Shown here: positions 1 to 9,456 of the stretch, one piece after another | Numbering within the stretch: position 1 is the stretch's first letter | How the letters are laid out: each line of letters starts with the position of its first letter | NCBI GenBank assembly: GCA_029547705.1 | Contig: JAKPOU010000042.1 | Coordinates: 89,271-153,270 of the forward strand | Source of the DNA: Bacteroidota bacterium | Lineage (GTDB): Bacteria > Bacteroidota > Bacteroidia > Bacteroidales > VadinHA17 | DNA: 64,000 nucleotides | Direction: 5' to 3' | Notes under the pieces: model-generated | What the model saw: the letters and a program-made list of their open reading frames with translations, nothing else | Told to the model about the DNA's origin: nothing | Database searches by the model: none | Program-made: the position numbers and the translations under genes

Positions 1-425
1 ATTCCTACGTGAATTCCAGGAATAATTACTCCATTTCGGCACTTACTGAACTGAAAGCCTGTTTTATCGCCATTGATGTGATCCGGCATCTGGTAAAGGT
101 TAACGGTGACTTTGCCGAAGGACTGCTTCAGGATATATGTTCAAGAAATTTCAGGTGGTATGACAGGATGATAAACCTGAACCATAAGAAAATGCCCGGA
201 AGACTTGCTGATACTCTTTTATATTTTGCCGGCGAACTATACATGGCCGACGAGTTCGAAATGATACTTTCGCGGCAGGAACTAGGAGAGATGACGAATA
301 TGGCAAGGGAGAGTGTTGTAAGGATACTGGGGGAATTTGAAGAGGCCGGCATTTTGAAATCTGAAACGAACCGGATAAGGATACTTGACAGGGACAAGCT
401 GAGGCTTATTTCAGAAAGAGGCTGA
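1..425 (+). CDS. Crp/Fnr family transcriptional regulator, C-terminal part (5' end outside the window)
   Basis: The reading frame is open to the window edge. It carries a Crp/Fnr-type winged HTH (SRQELGEMTNMARESVVRILGEFEEAGIL). The cNMP-binding barrel is only partly present. Confidence 0.8.
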   Translation, partial: SYVNSRNNYSISALTELKACFIAIDVIRHLVKVNGDFAEGLLQDICSRNFRWYDRMINLNHKKMPGRLADTLLYFAGELYMADEFEMILSRQELGEMTNMARESVVRILGEFEEAGILKSETNRIRILDRDKLRLISERG

Positions 426-454
426 ACATCAAAGAAAGACGTAATATCACAGTT

Positions 455-3142
455 ATGAAATATTTCAGGTTTCTATTCTCCCCGGTCTTCATGGGGTCAT
501 TGTTTATAATTTTCGCATTCGCCATGGCTGCGGCCACTTTCATTGAAAATGACTATGGCTCCGCGGCTGCATACGGAATGGTGTATGATACCAGGTGGTT
601 TGAACTGATACTGCTCCTTCTGACCGTTAATCTCATCGGTCAGCTGGTGATACACAGGCTGTTCAGAAAAGAGAAGCTTCCCGTGGCACTGTTTCACCTG
701 GCATTTGTCCTGATACTTGCCGGAGCAGGCATTACCCGTTATTTCGGACAGGAAGGGCAGATTCATATCCGTGAAGGGGAAAGGAACAATACCTGTACTA
801 CAAATGAAAGATATCTGACTTATGCCGTCACGGATTCTTCAGGAGTCAAACTTCTGGAAAACACCACTGAACACAAGCCTTCGAAATTGTCCTCCAGGGG
901 CTTAAGAGAGAAAATACATGTCAGGAACAAGGAATATGAGCTGGTTTTTGCAGGGATGATGTCTGACAGGTATGTTTTCCATCTCTTCGGCGGAGGGAAG
1001 CCCTCAATGGTCATGCTTGCAGCGGGACCGGAGGGATCGCAGGCTGCAGGATCGGCGGAGGCGGATGGCCTGCATTTTGAAATAAGCTACGGCCCGGGAA
1101 CGATGAAGCTGCCTTTCAGTATTCTGCTGAATGAGTTTGTGCTCGAGAGATATCCCGGATCCGACAGTCCTTCAGGTTACCGGAGTGATGTAACTGTGAT
1201 TGATGAAAACGAAAATGTTGAAATGCCCTTTATGATCTTCATGAACAATGTGCTTAAGTACAAGGGTTACAGGTTTTACCAGTCTTCATACGATCCTGAT
1301 GAAATGGGTACGATATTGTCAGTTAACCACGACAGGGCGGGAATGATTGTTACCTATACAGGTTATTCCTTTCTTTTCTTTTTCATCCTGCTTTCACTGC
1401 TGATCAGGAAATCCCTGTTCCGTACGGTCAGGGCCACGATGTGGACTTCTGCACTCAGGAAAAGCCTGATCCTTCTGCTGTTCTTTACTGTTTTGTCAGG
1501 ACTCGGAAGCATTTCGGCACAGCAGTTCGTTCCCGGGAAAAAGGCCTCGGATGAGCTGGGAAAGATACTGATTCAGGATCAGAAGGGAAGAACCAAGCCC
1601 CTGTACACCATGAGCAATGATATTGTAAGAAAAGTAACAGGCGGGAATAAGTTCGGGAATTATTCATCCATGCAGTTTTTCCTGGGATTCCTGCTGGATT
1701 TTGATCACTGGAAGGAGATGCCCGTAATAAAGGTGAATAATGAGGGGGTAAGGAAAAAGGCAGGAATAAGCGGCCGGTATGCATCATTTTCCGACCTGGT
1801 TGACTTCAGCGGGGAGGGTCATTATAAACTTTCGGAAGATGTAAGGGCGGCATATTCAAAATCACCGGGCAGCAGGAACAAAACGGACAAGGAGGTTATG
1901 AAGGTGGATGAAAGGGTTAATATCATCTTCATGATATCCAGGGGTGATTTCCTGAGAATATTTCCCCTGAATGACACTACCCATAACTGGGGCCCTCCGC
2001 ATGAGGCCCTGGTCAATGCACCTGATCATGCAGATTCACTGTATCTTCAGAATATAATACCCGCACTGGTAAATTCGGTTCAGGAGAATAATAAAATGAA
2101 AGCAGCCCAGGTTGTTTCCTCGGTAAGGATATACCAGGAAAGATTTGCAGAATATAAACTGCCTTCAGTACGGCGTGTCGTTTCTGAGGTACTCTATTAC
2201 AGGCTTGTTGTTTTTGAGAGGCTCTTTCCGCTTTATCTTTTCGCAGGACTTGCAATGATTGTCATTCTGATAATAACGGTTATCACGAACAGACCGCTTA
2301 ACTCACCCGTTCTCAGGATACTGGGCTGGCTCCTTGTGGCAGGATTCACACTCCATACATCAGGCCTGGCCCTGCGGTGGTATATTTCCGGACATGTTCC
2401 TCTGAGCAACGGATATGAATCCATGATTTTCATTTCATGGATAACCCTTCTTGCAGGTCTTATATTCCGCCGCAGATCGGAATTTGCACTCTCTTCCACT
2501 GCGGTTCTGGCCGGACTGACACTCCTAGTGGCGCATATGAGCTTTATGGACCCCGAGATAACCAATCTGGTACCCGTGCTTAAGTCATACTGGCTCACCC
2601 TGCATGTGTCTGTTATTACCGGCAGCTACGGGTTTTTCGGGCTCGGGGCACTGCTCGGACTCCTGACAATGGTGCTTATGATGCTGACACGTGAGGGAAA
2701 CAGGGAAAGAATATCTTCCACTATTGACGAACTGACCGTGATCAATTATAAAACCCTGACCCTGGGACTGTATTTCCTTACCATCGGAACATTCCTGGGA
2801 GCAGTCTGGGCGAATGAATCCTGGGGAAGGTACTGGGGCTGGGATCCCAAGGAAACATGGTCACTCATTACCATGGTAATATATTCGCTTGTCATTCATT
2901 CACGCATGATTCCGGGAATGAGGGATGTTTATTCATTCAATCTCCTCTCGCTTTTTGCATTCTCATCCGTGCTGATGACTTATTTCGGGGTCAACTACTA
3001 TCTCTCTGGCCTTCATTCATACGCGGGAGGTGATCCTGTACCGGTACCGGCTTTCGTATATGTCACGGTAATCATACTTGTGTCAGTGTCGGTTGCGGCA
3101 TATATAAGATACAGAAGTTTCAGAAAAACAGTACAGGAATGA
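455..3142 (+). CDS. ccsBA: Cytochrome c biogenesis protein, fused ResB(CcsB)-CcsA (system II cytochrome c synthase)
   Basis: 895 aa. The N-terminus is a ResB-like membrane region. The C-terminus is polytopic and carries the CcsA tryptophan-rich WWD motif (WGRYWGWDPKETWSL). Confidence 0.85.
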   Translation: MKYFRFLFSPVFMGSLFIIFAFAMAAATFIENDYGSAAAYGMVYDTRWFELILLLLTVNLIGQLVIHRLFRKEKLPVALFHLAFVLILAGAGITRYFGQEGQIHIREGERNNTCTTNERYLTYAVTDSSGVKLLENTTEHKPSKLSSRGLREKIHVRNKEYELVFAGMMSDRYVFHLFGGGKPSMVMLAAGPEGSQAAGSAEADGLHFEISYGPGTMKLPFSILLNEFVLERYPGSDSPSGYRSDVTVIDENENVEMPFMIFMNNVLKYKGYRFYQSSYDPDEMGTILSVNHDRAGMIVTYTGYSFLFFFILLSLLIRKSLFRTVRATMWTSALRKSLILLLFFTVLSGLGSISAQQFVPGKKASDELGKILIQDQKGRTKPLYTMSNDIVRKVTGGNKFGNYSSMQFFLGFLLDFDHWKEMPVIKVNNEGVRKKAGISGRYASFSDLVDFSGEGHYKLSEDVRAAYSKSPGSRNKTDKEVMKVDERVNIIFMISRGDFLRIFPLNDTTHNWGPPHEALVNAPDHADSLYLQNIIPALVNSVQENNKMKAAQVVSSVRIYQERFAEYKLPSVRRVVSEVLYYRLVVFERLFPLYLFAGLAMIVILIITVITNRPLNSPVLRILGWLLVAGFTLHTSGLALRWYISGHVPLSNGYESMIFISWITLLAGLIFRRRSEFALSSTAVLAGLTLLVAHMSFMDPEITNLVPVLKSYWLTLHVSVITGSYGFFGLGALLGLLTMVLMMLTREGNRERISSTIDELTVINYKTLTLGLYFLTIGTFLGAVWANESWGRYWGWDPKETWSLITMVIYSLVIHSRMIPGMRDVYSFNLLSLFAFSSVLMTYFGVNYYLSGLHSYAGGDPVPVPAFVYVTVIILVSVSVAAYIRYRSFRKTVQE

Positions 3143-3215
3143 TCGTATTTTGTCATCCTGCAGGCTGAATCAGGGTTTTTCCCTGATTTTGAATGAATTT
3201 CACTAATACCTTATC

Positions 3216-5423
3216 ATGAAGCATATCAGAATTGTTCTTTTCCTGTTTCTTTTCAGCGGAATAGCCAGTGCGCAATTGCTTTCCGGTGATTACCGGCATC
3301 TGCCTGTTTACAATCCGTCGCCCGCCGTATCCGGCGACTGGCTGCTGGATGACAGTGACCGTAAGGCGGATATCTATGTTTCCGCTGACGGGAAAAATAT
3401 CATTATGTCCAACGGCCTGGCGGAGCGAATATTCACCCTTTCACCCGATGTTGCCTGTATCAGTTACAGAAACCTGACGACAGGCAGGCAGATGCTGCGT
3501 GCTGTCAGTCCGGAAGCCATTGTCACCATTGATCTGATCCCTTATCCCATTGGCGGTCTGGAAGGACAGCCTGAAAGGGCTTATCTGAAACCGGAATGGA
3601 TCCCGGCAATGACATCCCCGGATAATGAATTCAGGCTCGCAGATATAAGGATATCCGGTATCCGGCCCTATGTAAGCTGGAAGCCGCGGCGGTGGAGCGG
3701 CCGGCAAAGTCTTCCCGCGGGAAAAACGCTCACTTTCATCTTTAAGCCGGCAGGCACTTCCCGTATAAAGGGTGTGAGCGTTATGGTGAACTATGAAATC
3801 TATGATGGCATTCCTCTCATGAATAAATGGGTGGAAGTAATCAATGACGGGAACTCATCACTGGTTGTCAACAGGGTGGTGAGCGAAAAACTGGCACTGA
3901 CGGAAGAGGAATCGGCAGTGGTGGGAGGACCGGAGAAAATGCTGAAACCCCATTACCTGTACGTTGAAAGCAATTATGCCTTCAACAATGCAATGAATTA
4001 TCATTTAAGCGATCAGACCACGCACTGGAAAAGGGATTATGGCTATACATCCCAGGTGAATTATAACCTGGACACTCCGTGCATACTGGAGATATACCCG
4101 CATACCGATCCCAATATACGTCTTGAGAAAGGAGAGCAATTCCGTTCTCCTCACAGCTTCCAGCTGCTGTTTGACGGCTATGACCGTGAGCGTAACGGAC
4201 TGGCTGTCCGCCGTATGTACAGGACAGTCGCACCCTGGGTAACGGAAAATCCCATCTTTATGCACCTTGTGAGCCGCAGCGACGACCAGGTATATACTGC
4301 CATCGACCAGTGTGCTGCCACGGGTTATGAAGCTCTGATCCTCAGTTTCGGCAGTCATATAAATATTGAAGACAATTCGCCGGGGAATGTTGCAAAGATG
4401 AAAAGGATGGCGGATTATGCCCATGAAAGGAATATTCTCATTGGCTGCTATTCACTGTTTTCGAGCCGGACCATTGGCCCTGAGACGGATGTGATTGATC
4501 CTGAGACGGGAAAGCCGGGCGGTGCTTTCTTCGGGAATGCTCCGTGCCTGGGAAGTGAATGGGGACTGAAATACATTGAAAACCTGAAATACATGTTCAC
4601 GGAGACGGGCTTCGATATTTTCGAGAATGACGGTCCCTATCCGGGCGACGTATGTGCTTCCACATCACATCCCGGTCATGAGGGACTGCATGATTCGCAG
4701 TGGAGGCAGATGGAGATTCAGAAATCCTTATACCGCTGGTGCAATGAAAACGGGATATATGTGAATGCACCCGACTGGTATTTCCTGGATGGCACCAACA
4801 AGATTGCACTGGGTTACCGTGAAACCAATTTCTCCCTGTCACGAGACAGGCAGAGAATACTCAACCGTCAGAACATATATGACGGAACCTGGCTTAAGAC
4901 GCCCTCGATGGGCTGGGGCTTCGTTCCGCTGACAGCATATCACGGCGGGGGTCCGGATGCAGTGCTGGAACCCCTCAGCGAACACCTGGATGATTATGAA
5001 CAATTGATGATGCAGTATTACGGTGCAGGAGTCCAGGCCTGCTACCGCGGTCCCCGGCTGTATGACACCGGCGAAACCCGGGCGGTTGTGCAGCGGGTGG
5101 TGAACTGGTACAGGAAATACCGCGACATCCTCAACTCGGATATTATCCACCTGCGTCGTCCGGACGGAAGCGACTGGGACGGCATCATGCATGTCAATCC
5201 CCGTCTCAGGGAAAAAGCCCTGGCCATGCTTTACAATCCCCTGGATAATGACATTACCCGTGTTATCAGACTACCGGTTTATTATACAGGTTGCCACGAC
5301 AGGCTTTCAGTGCGTACAGGGGAAGGAAAATCCGGCAGGTACAGGGTGGACAGGGATTACAATGTAACAATCACTGTCACCATACCGGCCGGCAGCTATA
5401 TCTGGCTGGTTATGGAGGAATAG
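3216..5423 (+). CDS. Secreted hypothetical protein, possibly a TIM-barrel glycoside-hydrolase-like enzyme
   Basis: 735 aa with an N-terminal signal peptide (MKHIRIVLFLFLFSGIASAQ). The central region alternates beta/alpha-like segments (GYEALILSFGSH..., FDIFENDGPYPGD) and loosely resembles clan GH-D enzymes. I do not recognise a family signature. Confidence 0.35.
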   Translation: MKHIRIVLFLFLFSGIASAQLLSGDYRHLPVYNPSPAVSGDWLLDDSDRKADIYVSADGKNIIMSNGLAERIFTLSPDVACISYRNLTTGRQMLRAVSPEAIVTIDLIPYPIGGLEGQPERAYLKPEWIPAMTSPDNEFRLADIRISGIRPYVSWKPRRWSGRQSLPAGKTLTFIFKPAGTSRIKGVSVMVNYEIYDGIPLMNKWVEVINDGNSSLVVNRVVSEKLALTEEESAVVGGPEKMLKPHYLYVESNYAFNNAMNYHLSDQTTHWKRDYGYTSQVNYNLDTPCILEIYPHTDPNIRLEKGEQFRSPHSFQLLFDGYDRERNGLAVRRMYRTVAPWVTENPIFMHLVSRSDDQVYTAIDQCAATGYEALILSFGSHINIEDNSPGNVAKMKRMADYAHERNILIGCYSLFSSRTIGPETDVIDPETGKPGGAFFGNAPCLGSEWGLKYIENLKYMFTETGFDIFENDGPYPGDVCASTSHPGHEGLHDSQWRQMEIQKSLYRWCNENGIYVNAPDWYFLDGTNKIALGYRETNFSLSRDRQRILNRQNIYDGTWLKTPSMGWGFVPLTAYHGGGPDAVLEPLSEHLDDYEQLMMQYYGAGVQACYRGPRLYDTGETRAVVQRVVNWYRKYRDILNSDIIHLRRPDGSDWDGIMHVNPRLREKALAMLYNPLDNDITRVIRLPVYYTGCHDRLSVRTGEGKSGRYRVDRDYNVTITVTIPAGSYIWLVMEE

Positions 5424-5477
5424 CATTGAAGGCAGCTGAATCGCATGTTGCTTCCCGTGCGGGTGACCATACAATAA

Positions 5478-5522
5478 AGGGCAATTGTCATATATTCAGA
5501 CAACTGCCCTCGTTTGTTTTTT
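5478..5522 (+). terminator. Rho-independent terminator after the 735-aa gene
   Basis: A 12-bp stem with one mismatch (agggcaattgtc / gacaactgccct) and a 9-nt loop, followed by cgtttgtttttt. Confidence 0.7.
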
Positions 5523-5526
5523 GAAG

Positions 5527-5601
5527 GGTGGAAGATGGGATTCGAACCCACGACCCTCGGAACCACAATCCGGTACTCTAACCAACTGAGCTACATCCAC
5601 C
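5527..5601 (-). tRNA. tRNA-His (anticodon GTG)
   Basis: The reverse complement folds as a cloverleaf: D arm GCTC/GAGT, anticodon loop TTGTGGT with GTG at positions 34-36, and T arm GTGGG-TTCGAAT-CCCAT. An encoded G-1 opposite discriminator C73 is typical of tRNA-His. CCA is not encoded. Confidence 0.9.
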
Positions 5602-5613
5602 GTTTCAGGAATG

Positions 5614-5644
5614 CAAAAGTAGCCTTAATTTTTTTATTGACAAA
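5614..5644 (-). promoter_or_regulatory. Bacteroidota-type promoter for tRNA-His (-33 TTTG, 19-nt spacer, -7 TActTTTG)
   Basis: The minus strand reads TTTG (5644-5641), a 19-nt spacer, then TACTTTTG (5621-5614). The -7 box ends about 12 nt upstream of the tRNA 5' end. Confidence 0.55.
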
Positions 5645-5680
5645 ATTTTAAATTAATTTCTTATGCTTCCCGTCAATTGC

Positions 5681-5688
5681 TATATTTG
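5681..5688 (+). promoter_or_regulatory. Candidate -7 box TAtaTTTG upstream of the flippase-like gene
   Basis: Exact match to the Bacteroidota TAnnTTTG consensus, 77 nt upstream of the ATG at 5765. Confidence 0.4.
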
Positions 5689-5764
5689 TGCCGTTTTTAC
5701 GGGAACCGCGGAATCGGTTCATGCCCGCCATATTTAATTAAGGAAGATTCTCCATTCCAACAAG

Positions 5765-7120
5765 ATGAAGCTGAAAGGGACAAAATTTGTCGATAATATC
5801 TCCGGTTTACAGATCTTCCAGCTGTTAAGGTTTACCATCTTTCTTATAATCAGTATTGTATTTACCAAGAGCCATCTCAGCAGTGCCGACATAGGAAAGT
5901 GGGAAATGTTCCTGTTCATTGCCGGAATGCTCACCTTTTTCTGGGTTACGGGGATAATACAGTCGCTTCTGCCACTTTATCACCGGAACCGGACCTATAG
6001 GAAGATGGGTGACCCGGACAGGGGGAAGTCGCCGGAAATATTCAATGCCTTTGTTCTTCTTACACTATTCAGTCTCTTTGTATTTATCCTGGGCCATTCC
6101 CTGAAAGGAAGTATTTCGGTGTTTCATTTTTCGGGTAATGTTCCCTTTATAAACCTTTTGCTGCTGTACATCCTTTTAAGCAGCCCGGTCTGCCTGATAG
6201 AATATATCTATCTTCTGAACAACAGGTCGCACCGTATCCTGCAGTACGGTTTCTATACATTCTCGGTGCAGCTGGTGATGATCATAGTCCCGGTTCTGGC
6301 CGGGAAGGATATTATATGGTCGGTTTACGGCCTGCTTGCAATAACACTGGTACGCTGGGTATGGCTTATAATACTTCTCAGACGCTATTCAAAACCCGAG
6401 ATATCAGTGAAATTCATGAAGGAGCATCTGTATCTGGGATGGCCGCTGATAATCACTTCACTCATCAGCGGATCGGCCCAGTATGTTGACGGAGTGATTA
6501 TTTCCTCGGTGTATCGCGATCCTGCATTGTTCGCCTGGTTCCGCTATGGTGCAAAGGAATTCCCGCTGGTGCTTCTGCTGGCAAACGGACTGAGCAATGC
6601 AATGCTTCCGGAATTCTCGGTAAGGGCTAAAATGAGGGAATCACTGGCAAAACTTAAACTCAGGTCAGAAAAACTGATGCATATTCTTTTTCCGGTGACA
6701 ATGGTGATCATGTTCTTTACCCGCTGGTTCTATCCGCGTTTGTTTGCACCAGAATTCCACCGCAGCGCAGGGGTTTTTCTTGTATATGCCCTCCTTATTA
6801 TTCCGCGACTCGTTTTTCCGCAAACCATCGTGATTGGCAGGAGAAAAACACAGATCACCATGATTGCCGCCGTGATAGAACTTGGACTGAACATACCCCT
6901 AAGCCTGCTTATGATAAAATGGGGATACGGCATTGTAGGTGTGGCACTGGCCACGTTTATTGTGTATTGCGTGTCAAAAATCTACCTGGCGGCCTATTTG
7001 TGGGTTAAATTGAAAATCAAGCCATCAGAGTATATTCCCCTTAAAGCTTTCCTGGTCTATTCACTGCTGACGACAGTGGTGTTCCTCCTGGTAGACCGTC
7101 GGATTATAGATATTCAATAA
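5765..7120 (+). CDS. Polysaccharide/oligosaccharide flippase-like membrane protein (MOP/Wzx-like superfamily)
   Basis: 451 aa, hydrophobic over almost its whole length, with at least 12 predicted TM segments. Its size and architecture fit Wzx/MurJ-type exporters. I see no specific motif. Confidence 0.5.
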   Translation: MKLKGTKFVDNISGLQIFQLLRFTIFLIISIVFTKSHLSSADIGKWEMFLFIAGMLTFFWVTGIIQSLLPLYHRNRTYRKMGDPDRGKSPEIFNAFVLLTLFSLFVFILGHSLKGSISVFHFSGNVPFINLLLLYILLSSPVCLIEYIYLLNNRSHRILQYGFYTFSVQLVMIIVPVLAGKDIIWSVYGLLAITLVRWVWLIILLRRYSKPEISVKFMKEHLYLGWPLIITSLISGSAQYVDGVIISSVYRDPALFAWFRYGAKEFPLVLLLANGLSNAMLPEFSVRAKMRESLAKLKLRSEKLMHILFPVTMVIMFFTRWFYPRLFAPEFHRSAGVFLVYALLIIPRLVFPQTIVIGRRKTQITMIAAVIELGLNIPLSLLMIKWGYGIVGVALATFIVYCVSKIYLAAYLWVKLKIKPSEYIPLKAFLVYSLLTTVVFLLVDRRIIDIQ

Positions 7121-7452
7121 TTAGATATTCAATAGATTGTGCAGGAAGCAGTTTTTAATTTATGCTTTGTGAAGGGGAAAGGTTTTTTATTATCATTATT
7201 TTTACGTTATTAAACAGGGAAAGGAGCAGTTATTTTTGCAAGCCGGGGAAACCGGTCCGGCAGATGGCAGCGGATCCGGTATACAGGGAATCCGGCAGCC
7301 TGGCGGTGGATGGAAGAACAACCGGCGGACAGGCAGCTCGGACATACAGGCAACGAAGAGGGAAACAGTGAATTTTCCGGAAGAGGATAGGAAAGAGGCC
7401 GGACGGAAAATGAGAAAAGACTAAAGAAGAGTACTGTAAAAGAGATATCTGC

Positions 7453-8655
7453 ATGAAAATTACAGAGGTTGTCAGCAAGCATGAACGCAGGGAGTTTATT
7501 GAATTCCCCAGGCAGTTGTACCATGATGATCCCTTATGGGTTTGTCCTCTGGATTCAATGATTGAATCGGTATTTGATCCCCTCAGGAATTATTCCTTCA
7601 GGCACGGGGAGGCAACGCGATGGCTGCTCAGGGACTCCGGAGGCAGGGTTACGGGACGGATAGCTGCTTTTATCGACAGGCAGAGATCAGCCGCCCAGGC
7701 TCAGCCCACCGGGGGAATAGGATTTTTCGAAGTTATTGATGATCAGGAATCAGCCTTTATGCTTTTTGACACAGCCAGGGAATGGCTTACCGCCCGGGGA
7801 ATGGAGGCAATTGACGGTCCTGTTAATTTCGGGGAAAATGACAATAACTGGGGGCTGCTGGTTGAAGGTTTTGAACAGCCTGTGTTCGGTATGCCATATA
7901 ATAAAAGGTATTACAGGGACTTTTTTGAGGCTTACGGATTCAGAAACTATTTTGAACAGTATTCACAGTCCAGGGAACTGCGAAACTCTGAAGGAACGAT
8001 TATTGAGTTTCCTGAAAGGATAATGAAAATTGCCGGCAGGATCAGCGAGCGTCCGGGCTACAGTTTCAGGCATTTTGAAATGAAGAACAGTCATAAGTTC
8101 AGCAGCGACATGTGTGAGATATACAACTCCACATGGGTGTTTCTCAAGGAAGATTTTACGCCGCTTGAACCAGATGTTTTCAATGAATCGCTCAGACAGG
8201 CAAGGATGATAATTGATGAAGAACTCATCTGGTTTGCCTATCATAATGAAAAGCCAATAGGATTCTTCATACTGCTGCCCGATCTTAACCAGATACTGCG
8301 TCATTTTAACGGCAGGCTTACACCATGGAACATGATACGGTTCCTTTACTATAAAATGACCAATGAGATAGACAGGGCCCGGGCAATTGTCGGAGGAATT
8401 CACCATGCATACCAGAATTCCGGAATTGAATCGGCAATGTTTTACCACTTCTATCAGGCCTTTAAAAAGAGAAAATGGCTGAAAAGCCTTGAATTTGCAT
8501 GGGTAGGAGACTATAATCCCAAAATGCTGGCTCTTTACAACGCCCTTGACACGGTAAGGACAAAGACCCACATCACATACCGTTATCTCATAAATGACAA
8601 GCTGCGGTTTGTCAGGTATAAGGATGAGAAGGAGATGGCGGAAAAAAAGCCCTGA
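7453..8655 (+). CDS. GNAT-like acyltransferase-fold protein of unknown function
   Basis: 400 aa. The N-terminal pattern (KHERREFIEFPRQLYHDDPLWVCPLD...GRIAAFID) matches my recollection of a widespread family of roughly 390-aa proteins annotated as GNAT family N-acetyltransferases. The assignment is from memory only. Confidence 0.45.
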   Translation: MKITEVVSKHERREFIEFPRQLYHDDPLWVCPLDSMIESVFDPLRNYSFRHGEATRWLLRDSGGRVTGRIAAFIDRQRSAAQAQPTGGIGFFEVIDDQESAFMLFDTAREWLTARGMEAIDGPVNFGENDNNWGLLVEGFEQPVFGMPYNKRYYRDFFEAYGFRNYFEQYSQSRELRNSEGTIIEFPERIMKIAGRISERPGYSFRHFEMKNSHKFSSDMCEIYNSTWVFLKEDFTPLEPDVFNESLRQARMIIDEELIWFAYHNEKPIGFFILLPDLNQILRHFNGRLTPWNMIRFLYYKMTNEIDRARAIVGGIHHAYQNSGIESAMFYHFYQAFKKRKWLKSLEFAWVGDYNPKMLALYNALDTVRTKTHITYRYLINDKLRFVRYKDEKEMAEKKP

Positions 8656-8841
8656 CGGGATGGAAGTCAGTAAGGTAACAGGAGAAGGCCGGAGAGACCG
8701 GAAGTATAAGTGAGGAACCAGGTAAGCAGAAAAGCCGGGGAAGAGAGGAATTCCCTCCGGAATTATGTGTCAGGTTGTCAGCCGGAAATTTCACATGAGT
8801 ATTTTTTTTTGTGATTATTTTGCCGGTTGAAAATATCTGAT

Positions 8842-8849
8842 TAATTTTG
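8842..8849 (+). promoter_or_regulatory. Candidate -7 box TAatTTTG upstream of rpmE2
   Basis: Exact TAnnTTTG match, 52 nt upstream of the ATG at 8901. Confidence 0.4.
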
Positions 8850-8900
8850 CACGCCCCGCTTAGGTGAAATTATTTAATACAGAGAATAAACAGTACAGAG

Positions 8901-9164
8901 ATGAAACAGGGAATACATCCGGAGAATTACAGGTTTGTGGTCTTTCAGGATATGTCAAACGGACATTCCTTTCTGAGCAAGTCCACGGCTCCTTCAAAGG
9001 AAACCATTAAATGGGAAGACGGGAACGAATACCCCCTTATCAAGCTGGAGATATCAAATACTTCCCATCCCTTCTATACCGGAAAGATGAAACTGGTGGA
9101 CACTGCCGGAAGGGTTGACAAGTACATGAACCGTTACAGGGATCATGTGAACAAGAAAAAATGA
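8901..9164 (+). CDS. rpmE2: 50S ribosomal protein L31, type B
   Basis: 87 aa. It has [10 protein letters not shown]...HPFYTGK and lacks the CxxC zinc motif, so it is the type B form. Confidence 0.93.
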   Translation: MKQGIHPENYRFVVFQDMSNGHSFLSKSTAPSKETIKWEDGNEYPLIKLEISNTSHPFYTGKMKLVDTAGRVDKYMNRYRDHVNKKK

Positions 9165-9191
9165 AGCACTCTTAAATCCATGATATGTTAA

Positions 9192-9218
9192 GGGCTCTGT
9201 ACAGGGGCCCTTTTTTTT
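9192..9218 (+). terminator. Rho-independent terminator after rpmE2
   Basis: A GC-rich hairpin (gggctctg ta caggggccc) followed by a run of eight T. Confidence 0.7.
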
Positions 9219-9410
9219 GTGCAAGGTTTATTTTATCACAGCCTTACAATTATTCTGCCTGCCTGGTGGAAAAACAGTGAAATATGCCTCTTTCGCAAAA
9301 ACGCCTGTATCTGTCTGACAGAAAGCAGGAAATAAATGTTTCTTTGGTCTTGAAACATTTGGCATAATGATTGCGTAGTACAGAAACGGCTTTTTTGAGA
9401 AAATTATCAG

Positions 9411-9418
9411 TAATTTTG
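9411..9418 (+). promoter_or_regulatory. Candidate -7 box TAatTTTG upstream of lon
   Basis: Exact TAnnTTTG match, 39 nt upstream of the lon ATG. Confidence 0.4.
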
Positions 9419-9456
9419 GCATTTTCCCGGAAAGCAGTGTTTCTTAAACAAGATAA

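Noticed and set aside
7236-7424. A 62-aa Gly/Arg/Glu-rich ORF (TTG start) inside the purine-rich spacer.
   Set aside because: Its composition simply mirrors the purine bias. It has an alternative start, no ribosome-binding or promoter context, and overlapping ORFs in other frames are equally long.
7160-7450. Whether the GC/purine-rich spacer is a known housekeeping RNA (RNase P RNA, SRP RNA, tmRNA or 6S).
   Set aside because: I could not find the universally conserved blocks. There is no GGAAAGUCCGG or ACAGAAC-type P4 element (RNase P). There is no AGGUCCGGAAGGAAGCAGCC-like domain IV (SRP). There is no tRNA-like GGGG...CCACCA end (tmRNA). The region is kept only as an unexplained block in the findings.
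9165-9195. A CIRCE heat-shock operator between rpmE2 and lon.
   Set aside because: Only the half-site AGCACTC (9165-9171) is present. The sequence 9 nt downstream (tgatatgtt) does not match GAGTGCTAA.
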